From positions 518,567 to 582,566 of the forward strand of contig MCFH01000035.1 of NCBI GenBank assembly GCA_002104945.1: a DNA stretch of 64,000 nucleotides, written 5' to 3'. A program made the position numbers and the translations under genes. The notes below the pieces were generated by a model, which saw only the letters and a list, made by a program, of their open reading frames with translations, did not search any database and was not told the origin of the DNA. This document shows positions 14,185 through 26,682 of the stretch, one piece after another (positions within the stretch are counted from its first letter, which is position 1; every line of letters begins with the position of its first letter). This stretch comes from Piromyces finnis finn (lineage: Eukaryota > Fungi > Neocallimastigomycota).

Positions 14185-15858
14185 CAGTATATAAATTAAA
14201 TGAATAAAAGTAATTTCAATTATTAAAAAATATTTTTTTATCCTCTTACATGTCATTAATTTCTTTAGAATCTTCTGCTAAAATGAAAAATTTAACTAAT
14301 TGATCTGAAAGTGATGCTATTTCAGATGTTAATTTCATTCGATTTACATTATATTCTTCTATATTCGATAATATTTCAATTAATTTCTGTTTTTCTGATG
14401 GGAAATTTCTTAAAACTACCGAGATATCAGATGGTTCTAGTACTGATATTAAATGCTGAAAACATCTACCAGCTATTTCAAGATTTTCTGTGAATATGGT
14501 TATAGATATGTTCTAAATAAATGTATATATTAATATTTAATAAACGTATGTTATATTTAATAAAAAATTTGAATTACTTATTAATATATAAACAAATTTG
14601 TGTATGTGATAATTACTGAATTGTCTGTTAAAATTGCATTAATTGACATTTCTGATCCATCTAATAGGTATATAAAGTTTCCTCTTATACTATTAAAGGA
14701 TTCCATCAAATCATCATTATCTTTTATTAAAAAATAGGTCTTTATCCACCACACAATCTTTTTATTTAATTAAATAAAATAATGAAATAATTTATAAATA
14801 TAATATACAAATATTGTGATTTAAGTAAACATTATTATACATAAACTAGTATATATAAAATAAAGGCATACATCTGTCATTTTACTATTGACAGTGAATT
14901 TCAAATTTGATTTTCCTTCCTTTTCCAAATTTTTCACTGCTTTGAACATAATAAATTCTGGAATTATTTGTTTTTTAAGGAATACACGATTTGTATTTGT
15001 TTCTCTTTAAATATAATATAGAAGTTAAAACCATAAAATCAACATTATTATTGTTAGATTTTTATTATAATTAGTAGCAGTAGTAGTAGTAGTTTTGTTA
15101 TTATATTTTAATTACTTTGTTTGAATTTGACATAATAATCTTATTAGAATTTCACCGCCTATTTCATGAACAAAATTCAATGGTATTCGATAAGGTGGTG
15201 TCATTTTTGTTACTTTTGGAAATCTAATTTATATGTTATTATTATAGAAAAACATAGAAATAAAAGAATGGTTATAACATATTGTTTTCTTGGTAAAACA
15301 ATTATTGATGAAAAAAAACTTTCAGTAAATTTATTTTAATATATTTTACATTGTAAAAGTATTATCTTCAAATAAGACATCTGAAGTTACATTGACAACT
15401 TCAATAATAGCATTTTCTTTTGGTGTAATTAATAATACAATTTGGCCAATTAAATTTTTATTGTCTACAAATTCTTGAATAATTTCAATAGTTGCAAAGG
15501 AATCCAGAATCATATCTTTTGATAATACAAATGCATTAGATGAAATTGTTAATGATCTTTCTTTTAATGTTTTATATTCTAAAAGCAAGTCCTTTATTGA
15601 TTTAAAACAATATGTAGATTAATATACATTAATATTAATTATTAAATAAAACATTTTATATATCTTATATTTTCTTAAATTTTAAACGATGTTTTGTAAA
15701 TTGAATTATTTTACTTGTTTTCTCTTGGTACATTCATATATTTTATTTTGATAATCTGTATTATAATCATAATTAATTGTCTTCTTATATATTGTAACTT
15801 TTTTCCCCACAAAATATAAAAATATAAAAACATATTTAATTAGATACTACGCTGATGA

Positions 15859-15900
<42 letters not shown>

Positions 15901-17620
15901 TTTATTTATCAAATATACCTTTTCCATCCATTGATAATTCAATTAAGCTATATTCACCATTATTTGAAAAATCCCCATAAACAAAACCAGCTATTGGATT
16001 ATGACTTGTTGTGGTATTGGTGATACCGGTATTAGAATATAAAAGTTTTCCATCCTCAATATCTCTTATTTCAATAAGTCCATTATTATAACCAATACAT
16101 AATCCATTCGCAATTTTTTTAGGACTCATATAGAAAATTTTAAATTTAATTAATGAAAAAATATTATGATTGTAATAATAATATGAGCTAATATTAAAAA
16201 GTTTTTCAATATTTACTATATTAATGAATTTATTGTATATTTTGTTCTTACAGACCAAATCTTTTTAAAGTTTGAATAAACACCAATTTCTCCATTTTCC
16301 AGTGAATATCTAATATATTATTTCAAGATAATTATTATTGTTTTTGATTAGCATTATGTTTTCTATTTGAATTTTTAAATCAAATTTTTAGCTAAATTCT
16401 ACGATATTAATATTTATATAAGTCCTTTATTTCCATTAATATTTACCCAATAGTATTATGATGTAATGAACATAAATGTGTAATTAATCCTTGTTCTGGT
16501 ATTTCACATATCATTTGATCATTTTTAAAACATCGTATATACGAATCTTCTGAACTCACATATAAAATTGGTTCTCTTTTATAAAGAATATTATAAATTT
16601 AAAATCATTAATATATATATACCAATATAACAAATGACTAGTAATGAACAATCAATTTCCTATAAAATTCTAATAGCATTCATAATATTCAAAAAAGAAC
16701 AAATTTATTTATATAATTATATTTTTATTTTACTTTTTATTTTTTTCTATTACAATATTTGAAACGACGTCTCCAGTAGTAATCCAATATACTTCATCTC
16801 CATGATAATCAAATCCCTTTTTATAAATATTTTGTAATATTTATTTATTATGAATAAATTATTATTAATAACTTTTTTTTATTATGTTTGTTTTGTATTA
16901 AAGCTTAAAGCTTCTTAATAAGATTTTAATTTTTATTTCCGAAGATAATTCAAAAGTTAATTTTATATTTTCTGGACGTACTTGAACTAAACAGTTTTCT
17001 CCAACTAGGATATAAGGTGTCTCTGAATTAGATACATATCCTGAAGAAACAGCAGTTATTTCATCTGATATTTCCTGATAAAATAAATCTGAATTATTTT
17101 CTACATCATACCTTTGATGTTAATATAAATATTTATATAATATTTATTTGAATATTAATAATAATAAATATTAATTATTTTTTTTAAAAAAAAAACAATT
17201 AAACTTGATTTTAACTTTTTGTGAAAATTAATTAGAATTTATAAATGTTAGAAAAACCTACAAAAGTAGTTTATTTTTTGTTCCAATGATTAATAAATCT
17301 TTATTAATATCTGGGTCTAATTGATTACAAGCTATTGAGGTTACTTCTTGTTCCATGTCAATTAACTCTATAAATTCATCTTCTGAACCCCTCAAGTATG
17401 GTGAATATTTATAAATTTTCCCACCTAATGAAACAAATACAATTGAAAGATTTACGCCATCAACTACATATGATTTTTAAAAATATAATATTTGTTAGAT
17501 ATTTTATAAAATGTGTAAATAATTATTTTTATTTATTTTTTTAAATAGTATAACTTATTCTATCTAATTAAACTATGGTTTCATTCTAATATTTCTTTTC
17601 TTTTTTTTTTTTCTTTCTTA

Positions 17621-17687
<67 letters not shown>

Positions 17688-17854
17688 TGTATTGTGATAT
17701 ATATATTATGTATCTAAAAGTAACGTTCTGATAATACTGTTATTTTGAAAAAAAAAAAAAGATATATAGAAAAATATAATTTACATTTCCCTACGCAGCA
17801 TAGATTTTTCTTTATTTTTATTTCAAAATCTTCAGTAAAAACTTTTGAGAGCAT
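13794..17854 (-). CDS. BBS2: Bardet-Biedl syndrome 2 (BBSome core) homolog, multi-exon
   Basis: N-terminus MLSKVF...VGKFDGVNLSIVFVSLGGKIY resembles BBS2 (MLLPVF...IGRYDG). Internal GFDYHGDEVYWITTGDVV, SEDSYIRCFK, YSLENGEIGVY, NPIAGFVYGDF...SMDGK. C-terminus GKEKSTIIAEAREAIKNN. Not every internal exon boundary was resolved. Confidence 0.82.
17621..17687. repeat. (TTA)n microsatellite in the first BBS2 intron
   Basis: Uninterrupted run of about 22 TTA units. Confidence 0.9.
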
Positions 17855-19298
17855 TATAACATAATATTTAAAAGTATAAAAATATCTTTAATATAGTTAA
17901 ATTTTAAATTAAATAAATGAAATATTATTTATAAATTTTTAATTAAATTTAAAATTGATATTTTTATATTGTCGAAATAAATTAAAATATAAATTTAAAT
18001 TTATTTCTATAAAAATAAAAAAGTTTGGTTTAGTTTAGTGGTATTATAATATTTATTTAGAAAGGTTTTATTATTTGTTTTTTAATATGTTATTTGATCT
18101 TACACAATAAATAATATCACAAAAATATATTCTAATAAAAAATTTTGTAATATTTTTTCTATTTCTAATAAGCAATATACAGCTATAAATATTACAATAA
18201 AATAATTATTATATTATCTATTTCAAAGTTCTCTGTATTAATTCTATTTATCACATTATGTGTACATTATTTATCTGTTTACTATTATGCATTTCATATT
18301 TAATTTTCATTAATATTTTATTATTATTACATATCATATAAATAAAAAAAGAATATATATTGTTTTGTTTTCATTCTTACATAATTTATTAATATAGAAA
18401 CTAATATAATAAATATTAATAATAACTATAATGAGTTCTTCCTTTATTCAATAAAAAAGTAAACAATTTTTGAATGACATTAATATAACTTTAAAAATAT
18501 TATTTAATATAACCCTCTATATATTAAAATATTTTTATTATCATAGTACCATTTTAGAAATTTTATTAAATATTTAATTTTGTCTCTATAATAAATTTAC
18601 TATAAAATGATAAAATCAAAATATGCTTAATTTTACCTAATATTAATTGGTGATATTATAACAATTATAATAAAACCTTAATATAATTATCCATACGCTT
18701 AAATATACTTATTTAAAATATTATTTCTTAAAATTCAGTTTTTGTTTTTTTAATAATTTTTAATAGTTTTATTGAAAAAAATACATATATACATATAAAA
18801 AAGTTTTAAAACTTGTTTCCAAATTTTATTATAAATTTATATGAAATGAAAATAAAAATTTTTGCATATAATTTAATTAATACAAATGAAAAAGTACACT
18901 ATAATTAACAATTAAAATAAGTTTTTTATATTTAATAAAATTATAATTTTTTTATAATTAAATATTATTCTTAATTACTTCTTTATATAAATTATTAAAA
19001 TAAGATTTTCTGTTAAATATATAATTATATGAGAAAATTTAAAAATTATTATTACAATATTATTTCAATAAACTTAAAATATTCTTTTTTTACCCAGTTT
19101 TAAATTGTGAAAAAAAAAAAAAAAAAAAAAAAATATTAAAGTTATAATATAAAAATTGGAGTTAAATATAAATCTATTTTACCTTTTTTTTATTCTCATT
19201 TTCTTTTAAGTATTTTTTTATTAAAATATATATTAATACAATATAAAAAATATCAAAATAAATATTATTATAAAATAGATAAATAATTATCGAAGAGA

Positions 19299-21851
19299 AT
19301 GGAGCTTCGGAAAAATTTAGAAAAGTTATTGTTTTTAATTTTAATATTTCATTTATTCATAATAATAAAGGCTGAAAAACAAAGAATTACAATATGTATG
19401 AAACAACCTGATATGCCGAAAAATTTTCCTTCTGATGCCTTAAATAATTATGTTAAGAAGTTAAATTACTATTTTAATGAGAGAACAAAAGATAATGAAA
19501 AGCTTAATAAATATGATATTGGTGTATATTTCTATCCTTATGAACCTGTTGATAGAAATGGAAGATCTGTGTCAAGTACTTTTATGGTTGAATTAGGAAA
19601 AATACTTCCAAACAAAAATAAAAATAATAATTTTGATTTAGTAGTATTAGATGATAGAATTTTATTAAACGAAATAGCATTGATGGAAAGTGAATGGGTT
19701 TTAGAAAATATTAAATACAGTCATCCAACATTCGATTTATATCATGATTTAACAAAATATGTTAATAAAGATGATCTACAATTTCATGATCCAAAAATAT
19801 TAAGTGGTGGATTATTCGAAGAAAAAATATATGGAATTCCTTTCAAATATAATTTCGATGTGTTATACTATCATAATGAAAATAAATATTCAAAGGAATA
19901 TAATGATACTCAATTATTATTAGAAGGTATGAAAAATAATACTTGGAATAAGTTAGTTGAATTAATGAACAATAATGCTCAACCATTAAATCTTCCATTT
20001 GGTGATGATAACGATTTATTAAATTTCGTTATAGAATATACAAGTAATCATTATAATTTAACAAAAGAAAATGATCCAGATTTCATAAAATTATTTTATA
20101 ATGAAACTTCTGTTGAGTTTTATACAAAATTACGTGATTTAGTTGTATCAGTTGCTAAGAATAATGATGCAAGAAATAGTGCTCTTACTACATTAGATGA
20201 AGCATATGAAGATTTTATTGAAGGTAAATCGACATTCTTTAGAGGAAAAGCTTCTCACAGTTTCATTTTTGAAAAAAAATATCCTAAAAATGAAATTCTA
20301 TTATCTCTTCCTCCAAAATATCAATCTGCAACAACTCATGAATATATTGTTGCAAATAAATTCAGTAAATTCGATCCCGAAATTCTCGCAGAAGTTGCTC
20401 TTATTCTTACTGATAAAGATGCTCAACTATTTCATGCTGAAAATATTGGGAATATTCCAACATTCGATTTTAGTAAAAAGGATTCTGATACATATTTAAA
20501 AGCATATTGTGATTTTAATTCTGTCATTTGTGATGCAATGGATAAAATGGAAAAATTATATATAAGAGATATTTTTAAATCCGATACAATGGCTCCATTT
20601 TTTGAATTCGAGTGTTTTATGCCTATCAAATTCAAAAATTATTTTATCGATAATAAAGTTGATGATGAACTAAGAAAACCATTTCAAAATTTAGTTGAAT
20701 TTAACACAGATCATTTAGGTATTTATGGAACATTATCAATTTTTATGATTTTTGGAACTGTAATACTTTTCGGTATAATTATATTTATGACATTCAAATT
20801 AAGAGAACATTCATACATCAAAGTTATTTCACCATTATTTTGTAATTTAATTATAATCGGATGTATGTTAAATTTAATCAAAGTATTAAAATTCCTTCCA
20901 CCATATTCTGCCACCAAAGTAAAAATATTTTTAGTTCTTGAAGCACTCGGAACAAATTTAATTTATATTCCAATGTTTGTAGTTGCATATCGTATATTCC
21001 GCATTTACAAAACAAAAACGTTTATGTCAAATGCTTTAAATAACAAGCGTTTGTTAATATTTGTATTTATTGCTGTTAGTATAGCAGTTATTTATAGAAT
21101 AGTGATTGTTATGACAAATAGAGTTTATTATTTAGCTATTGGCACAATTAAAATGGTTCGTATTCCAAAAGGGTATTATTCAAATTATAAACTATTTTCA
21201 ACAATATATCAAGTTTATCTTACAATAGTTGTACGTATTTACATTATATAAGTTATCATAAATATTAATTATAAATATTACTGTTATATATATTATTATA
21301 ATTATTATATATTATATATTATATATATTAATATATTATATAATTATCTCTATTATTATATCATTATATCTAAATTACTAAAATTATATCTTAATAATTT
21401 TATTAAATATATTATTTTAATATTATAGTTTATTGCACTTATGATGATGATAATTATTACTGGAAGTCGATCAAGAAAGTTTGGTGATATTTGTTATACA
21501 TTTGTTATTTTCATTACAAATATATCTGATTTTAATGTTGAACGTTTAATTGTATGGCTTAATGAAGAAAACTATCCTTTACATTTCTTTATTATCATTA
21601 TCTTTGATTGCGTTCTTCACTTTATTTGCGTATATTTCTTAGTTGGATCAAGAATTCAATTACTTTTAACAAATCCTGAATTTGACTTTGTTAATAGTTC
21701 TAATAATAGCTCAGACGATACCCAATATATTGCCTTAAGATCAAGAATTAGAAGTATGAGTATTTTAAAATTCATAAGTAGTATTGGTTCTACAGATACT
21801 AGAAAAAGCATGTTAAGATCAACTAATTCACAACAGAGAAGTGGAATATAG
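19299..21851 (+). CDS. Class C GPCR-like 7TM receptor with extracellular solute-binding-protein-like domain, copy 1 (exons 19299-21230, 21429-21851)
   Basis: Signal peptide; SBP-like motifs (DLVVLD, DLTKYV, KIYGIPFKYNFDVLYY); hydrophobic helices with class C-like IKVISPLFCNLIIIG and AYRIFRIY. Phase-0 intron gtacgt...tag joins the two ORFs. Confidence 0.82.
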
Positions 21852-22234
21852 AAATTGAGATTAACGCATTAATAATTAAAAGAAAATATATATTTATATG
21901 TCTTAACTAATTTTTGATAAAGTTAATACAAATAATGTAGTTTTAAAATATTATTATTATTTGTTTCAATTAATTTTCTTTATATCTATATTATGTATTT
22001 ATGATAAAATATTTTACTTCTGCTACCTACATTCTTGAAGTAAAATTTTATTAATTTAAAAAAAAAAAAAAAAATTAAATTAAAATAAATTAAAAATTTC
22101 TTTTTATTTAATAATGATATAGTTTTAATAATTTTACTTTTTGTTAAATAATATTATCTTATCCTCTTCTTTGAAATAAAATGAGTTATTTCAAAAAAAA
22201 TATATATGGTTTTAAATTATTTTTTATATTAATA

Positions 22235-22266
<32 letters not shown>

Positions 22267-22299
22267 GAAATATTGCTGTAAAATAGAAATATATAAACA

Positions 22300-22900
22300 T
22301 ATCATTAATATTATTGTCTGTCCATGTTGCGGATATGACGAACAATCTTTTTACCATTGGGTATTAGAATGTTCTGTATTCTGAATACAGAGCTTCTTCA
22401 CTTAGCTTTCATGACGATCTTTTTACCCTTTTTTACAATAAATATAAGAATCAATTCATCACATACTTACTCCCCGAAACGGAAGTAAGAAAAACAATTT
22501 ATAATTATATTTTTACGTTCCTTCTTGGTGGAACTTTAGCTTATGATGAGCTTCAAATCGATAAGGCGGAACAAAGACATTTGAATGAACAGCTTTACAG
22601 TTCATGTTCCATATGTAGAGGGTCTCGCGGCTTTTCTTACTAAAACAATCCCTATCATTAGTAGCTCTATAAAGCTACTTTTTGATAGGCTTAGTAAGAC
22701 ACCTAACGTAATCAAGAGCGCCGACGTCGTATCGATATGGCAAAGGAACATTTCCAATGTTCCGTACACAGGGTTCAATGTTAGTATTTCCTCGAATTCG
22801 AATGAAAACATTATGAACTCATGGGAGAGTTTAGTAGACACCACACTATCATACCTGATGTTACTTCTTTTTTTTATTTCATTTAATTTATTAGATAGGG
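22300..22900 (+). mobile_element. Decayed 3' fragment of a non-LTR (LINE-like) retrotransposon ORF2
   Basis: GC-richer island between the two receptors. Translates as VCPCCGYDEQSFYHWVLEC (C-terminal CCHC-like knuckle), then FTFLLGG and VPYVEGLAAFLTKT, with stops and frameshifts. Confidence 0.45.
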
Positions 22901-23117
22901 ACCAATCCCACACAGTACAAATTGCAGAGTTCATTAAACTTTTATACAACTTAAATAATTATTTTATTTTTTTTATATTTATATTTTTATTTATATATAT
23001 TTTATTATTTTTATTTATTATTTATTATATCAATATCAATATGTATTATCACCTAATATTATGTAATATCACTAATTAAATAAGTAAATAAATAAAAGAT
23101 GTGTATTCTCTTCCTAG

Positions 23118-23156
<39 letters not shown>

Positions 23157-23948
23157 TAATATTATTAAGATATACATAATGTTAATAAAAAAGACTTTTA
23201 AATTTTAATATATAAATACTTTCAATTTTCTATATCTAATGATTAGGTTAATAAATAAAAGATTAATTTACTGGCTAAAATTCTGCCAGAGATCGAATAT
23301 CTTCTGGTTAAAGAGTCTGGCTAAATCCTCCAAAAATCTAGGATAAATAATATTGTTAATTAAATAATGCATAATAATAATTGACAAAAAATAAGTTTAT
23401 ATATATAAAAATTATTGTTAAAAAGAGTGTAAAAACAATAAATAAAAGAAAATATAAAAACGAAATTAAATTCATCATAACACATATAAATTTCTGAATT
23501 TTATTATTACAAATACTATATGAAATGAAAATAAAATTAATTTTGCTATTTACTCTATATATGTAATTTAATTAATATAGAAAAAAAGTATACTTTAACA
23601 ATTAAAATAAGTTTTTCCGATAACATTTTTTTAATTATACTATAATTTAATTAAACTTTAAAAAGATTACAATTTTATATATAATTAAAGTATTTTAGTA
23701 ATTTTTAAAATAAAAAAAAAAAAAAACTATATTAATAAAAGCATAAAATTAAAATTAAGTTTATGTTAAATATTATTCTTTATTTGGTATATCGAGAAAA
23801 TATCCTTTAAATAAACCTATTAAAATAAAATTATCTATTAATTATATGATAATTAATGTAAATTTAAAAATTTATAATTACAATTTTATATTCATTAATG
23901 TTAAAATATTTTTCTTATTAAGTTTAAAATATTCAAATTAAATTAAAT

Positions 23949-26470
23949 TATAAATCTATTTTACCTTTTTTTTTATTCTCATTTTCTTTTAAGTATTTTT
24001 TTATTAAAATATATATTAATACAATATAAAAAATATCAAAATAAATATTATTATAAAATAGATAAATAATTATCGAAGAGAATGGAGCTTCGGAAAAATT
24101 TAGAAAAGTTATTGTTTTTAATTTTAATATTTCATTTATTCATAATAATAAAGGCTGAAAAACAAAGAATTACAATATGTATGAAACAACCTGATATGCC
24201 GAAAAATTTTCCTTCTGATGCCTTAAATAATTATGTTGAGAAGTTAAATTACTATTTTAATGAGAGAACAAAAGATAATGAAAAGCTTAATAAATATGAT
24301 ATTGGTGTATATTTCTATCCTTATGAACCTGTTGATAGAAATGGAAGATCTGTGTCAAGTACTTTTATGGTTGAATTAGGAAAAATACTTCCAAACAAAA
24401 ATAAAAATAATAATTTTGATTTAGTAGTATTAGATGATAGAATTTTATTAAACGAAATAGCATTGATGGAAAGTGAATGGGTTTTAGAAAATATTAAATA
24501 CAGTCATCCAACGTTCGATTTATATCATGATTTAACAAAATATGTTAATAAAGATGATCTACAATTTCATGATCCAAAAATATTAAGTGGTGGATTATTC
24601 GAAGAAAAAATATATGGAATTCCTTTCAAATATAATTTCGATGTGTTATACTATCATAATGAAAATAAATATTCAAAGGAATATAATGATACTCAATTAT
24701 TATTAGAAGGTATGAAAAATAATACTTGGAATAAGTTAGTTGAATTAATGAACAATAATGCTCAACCATTAAATCTTCCATTTGGTGATGATAACGATTT
24801 ATTAAATTTCGTTATAGAATATACAAGTAATCATTATAATTTAACAAAAGAAAATGATCCAGATTTCATAAAATTATTTTATAATGAAACTTCTGTTGAG
24901 TTTTATACAAAATTACGTGATTTAGTTGTATCAGTTGCTAAGAATAATGATGCAAGAAATAGTGCTCTTACTACATTAGATGAAGCATATGAAGATTTTA
25001 TTGAAGGTAAATCGACATTCTTTAGAGGAAAAGCTTCTCACAGTTTCATTTTTGAAAAAAAATATCCTAAAAATGAAATTCTATTATCTCTTCCTCCAAA
25101 ATATCAATCTGCAACAACTCATGAATATATTGTTGCAAATAAATTCAGTAAATTCGATCCCGAAATTCTCGCAGAAGTTGCTCTTATTCTTACTGATAAA
25201 GATGCTCAACTATTTCATGCTGAAAATATTGGGAATATTCCAACATTCGATTTTAGTAAAAAGGATTCTGATACATATTTAAAAGCATATTGTGATTTTA
25301 ATTCTGTCATTTGTGATGCAATGGATAAAATGGAAAAATTATATATAAGAGATATTTTTAAATCCGATACAATGGCTCCATTTTTTGAATTCGAGTGTTT
25401 TATGCCTATCAAATTCAAAAATTATTTTATCGATAATAAAGTTGATGATGAACTAAGAAAACCATTTCAAAATTTAGTTGAATTTAACACAGATCATTTA
25501 GGTATTTATGGAACATTATCAATTTTTATGATTTTTGGAACTGTAATACTTTTCGGTATAATTATATTTATGACATTCAAATTAAGAGAACATTCATACA
25601 TCAAAGTTATTTCACCATTATTTTGTAATTTAATTATAATCGGATGTATGTTAAATTTAATCAAAGTATTAAAATTCCTTCCACCATATTCTGCCACCAA
25701 AGTAAAAATATTTTTAGTTCTTGAAGCACTCGGAACAAATTTAATTTATATTCCAATGTTTGTAGTTGCATATCGTATATTCCGTATTTACAAAACAAAA
25801 ACGTTTATGTCAAATGCTTTAAATAACAAGCGTTTGTTAATATCTGTATTTATTGCTGTTAGTATAGCAGTTATTTATAGAATAGTGATTGTTATGACAA
25901 ATAGAGTTTATTATTTAGCTATTGGCACAATTAAAATGGTTCGTATTCCAAAAGGGTATTATTCAAATTATAAACTATTTTCAACAATATATCAAGTTTA
26001 TCTTACAATAGTTGTACGTATTTACATTATATAAGTTATCATAAATATTAATTATAAATATTACTGTTATATATATTATTATAATTATTATATATTATAT
26101 ATTATATATATTAATATATTATATAATTATCTCTATTATTATATCATTATATCTAAATTACTAAAATTATATCTTAATAATTTTATTAAATATATTATTT
26201 TAATATTATAGTTTATTGCACTTATGATGATGATAATTATTACTGGAAGTCGATCAAGAAAGTTTGGTGATATTTGTTATACATTTGTTATTTTCATTAC
26301 AAATATATCTGATTTTAATGTTGAACGTTTAATTGTATGGCTTAATGAAGAAAACTATCCTTTACATTTCTTTATTATCATTATCTTTGATTGCGTTCTT
26401 CACTTTATTTGCGTATATTTCTTAGTTGGATCAAGAATTCAATTTTTATTAACAAATCCTGAATTTGACT
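23949..26470 (+). repeat. Near-identical direct repeat of 19167-21690 (offset about 4783 bp)
   Basis: 5' flank, exon 1, the whole AT-rich intron and most of exon 2 match, with only a few substitutions seen. Confidence 0.95.
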
Positions 26471-26682
26471 TTAATAGCTCAGATGATACTCAATATATTG
26501 CTTTAAGATCAAAAATAATAGGTATGAGTATCTTCAGAAAACTTAGTTCTATTTACTTCACTTGTAATAGAAATAATACTGTAAGATCAAATAATTCACA
26601 ACAAAGAGATGAAATCAGTATTGAATCATCTAGAATTAAAATCAATAATTCATATAATAAAGTTGAAAATGAAAATACATAA
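24082..26682 (+). CDS. SBP-7TM receptor, copy 2 (exons 24082-26013, 26212-26682)
   Basis: Same as copy 1 except a few residues (K/E near residue 53, F/S in LLIFV/LLISV, L/F in IQLL/IQFL) and a different C-terminal tail. Confidence 0.82.

Noticed and set aside
17540-17590. ATG-containing segment as the first exon of BBS2
   Set aside because: All three frames hit stops. The true start at 17854 splices directly to the exon near 17465 and gives the BBS2-like N-terminus.
23270-23345. Short GC-richer patch with a repeated CTGGCTAAA
   Set aside because: Too short to assign; no ORF, terminal repeats or stable fold evident.
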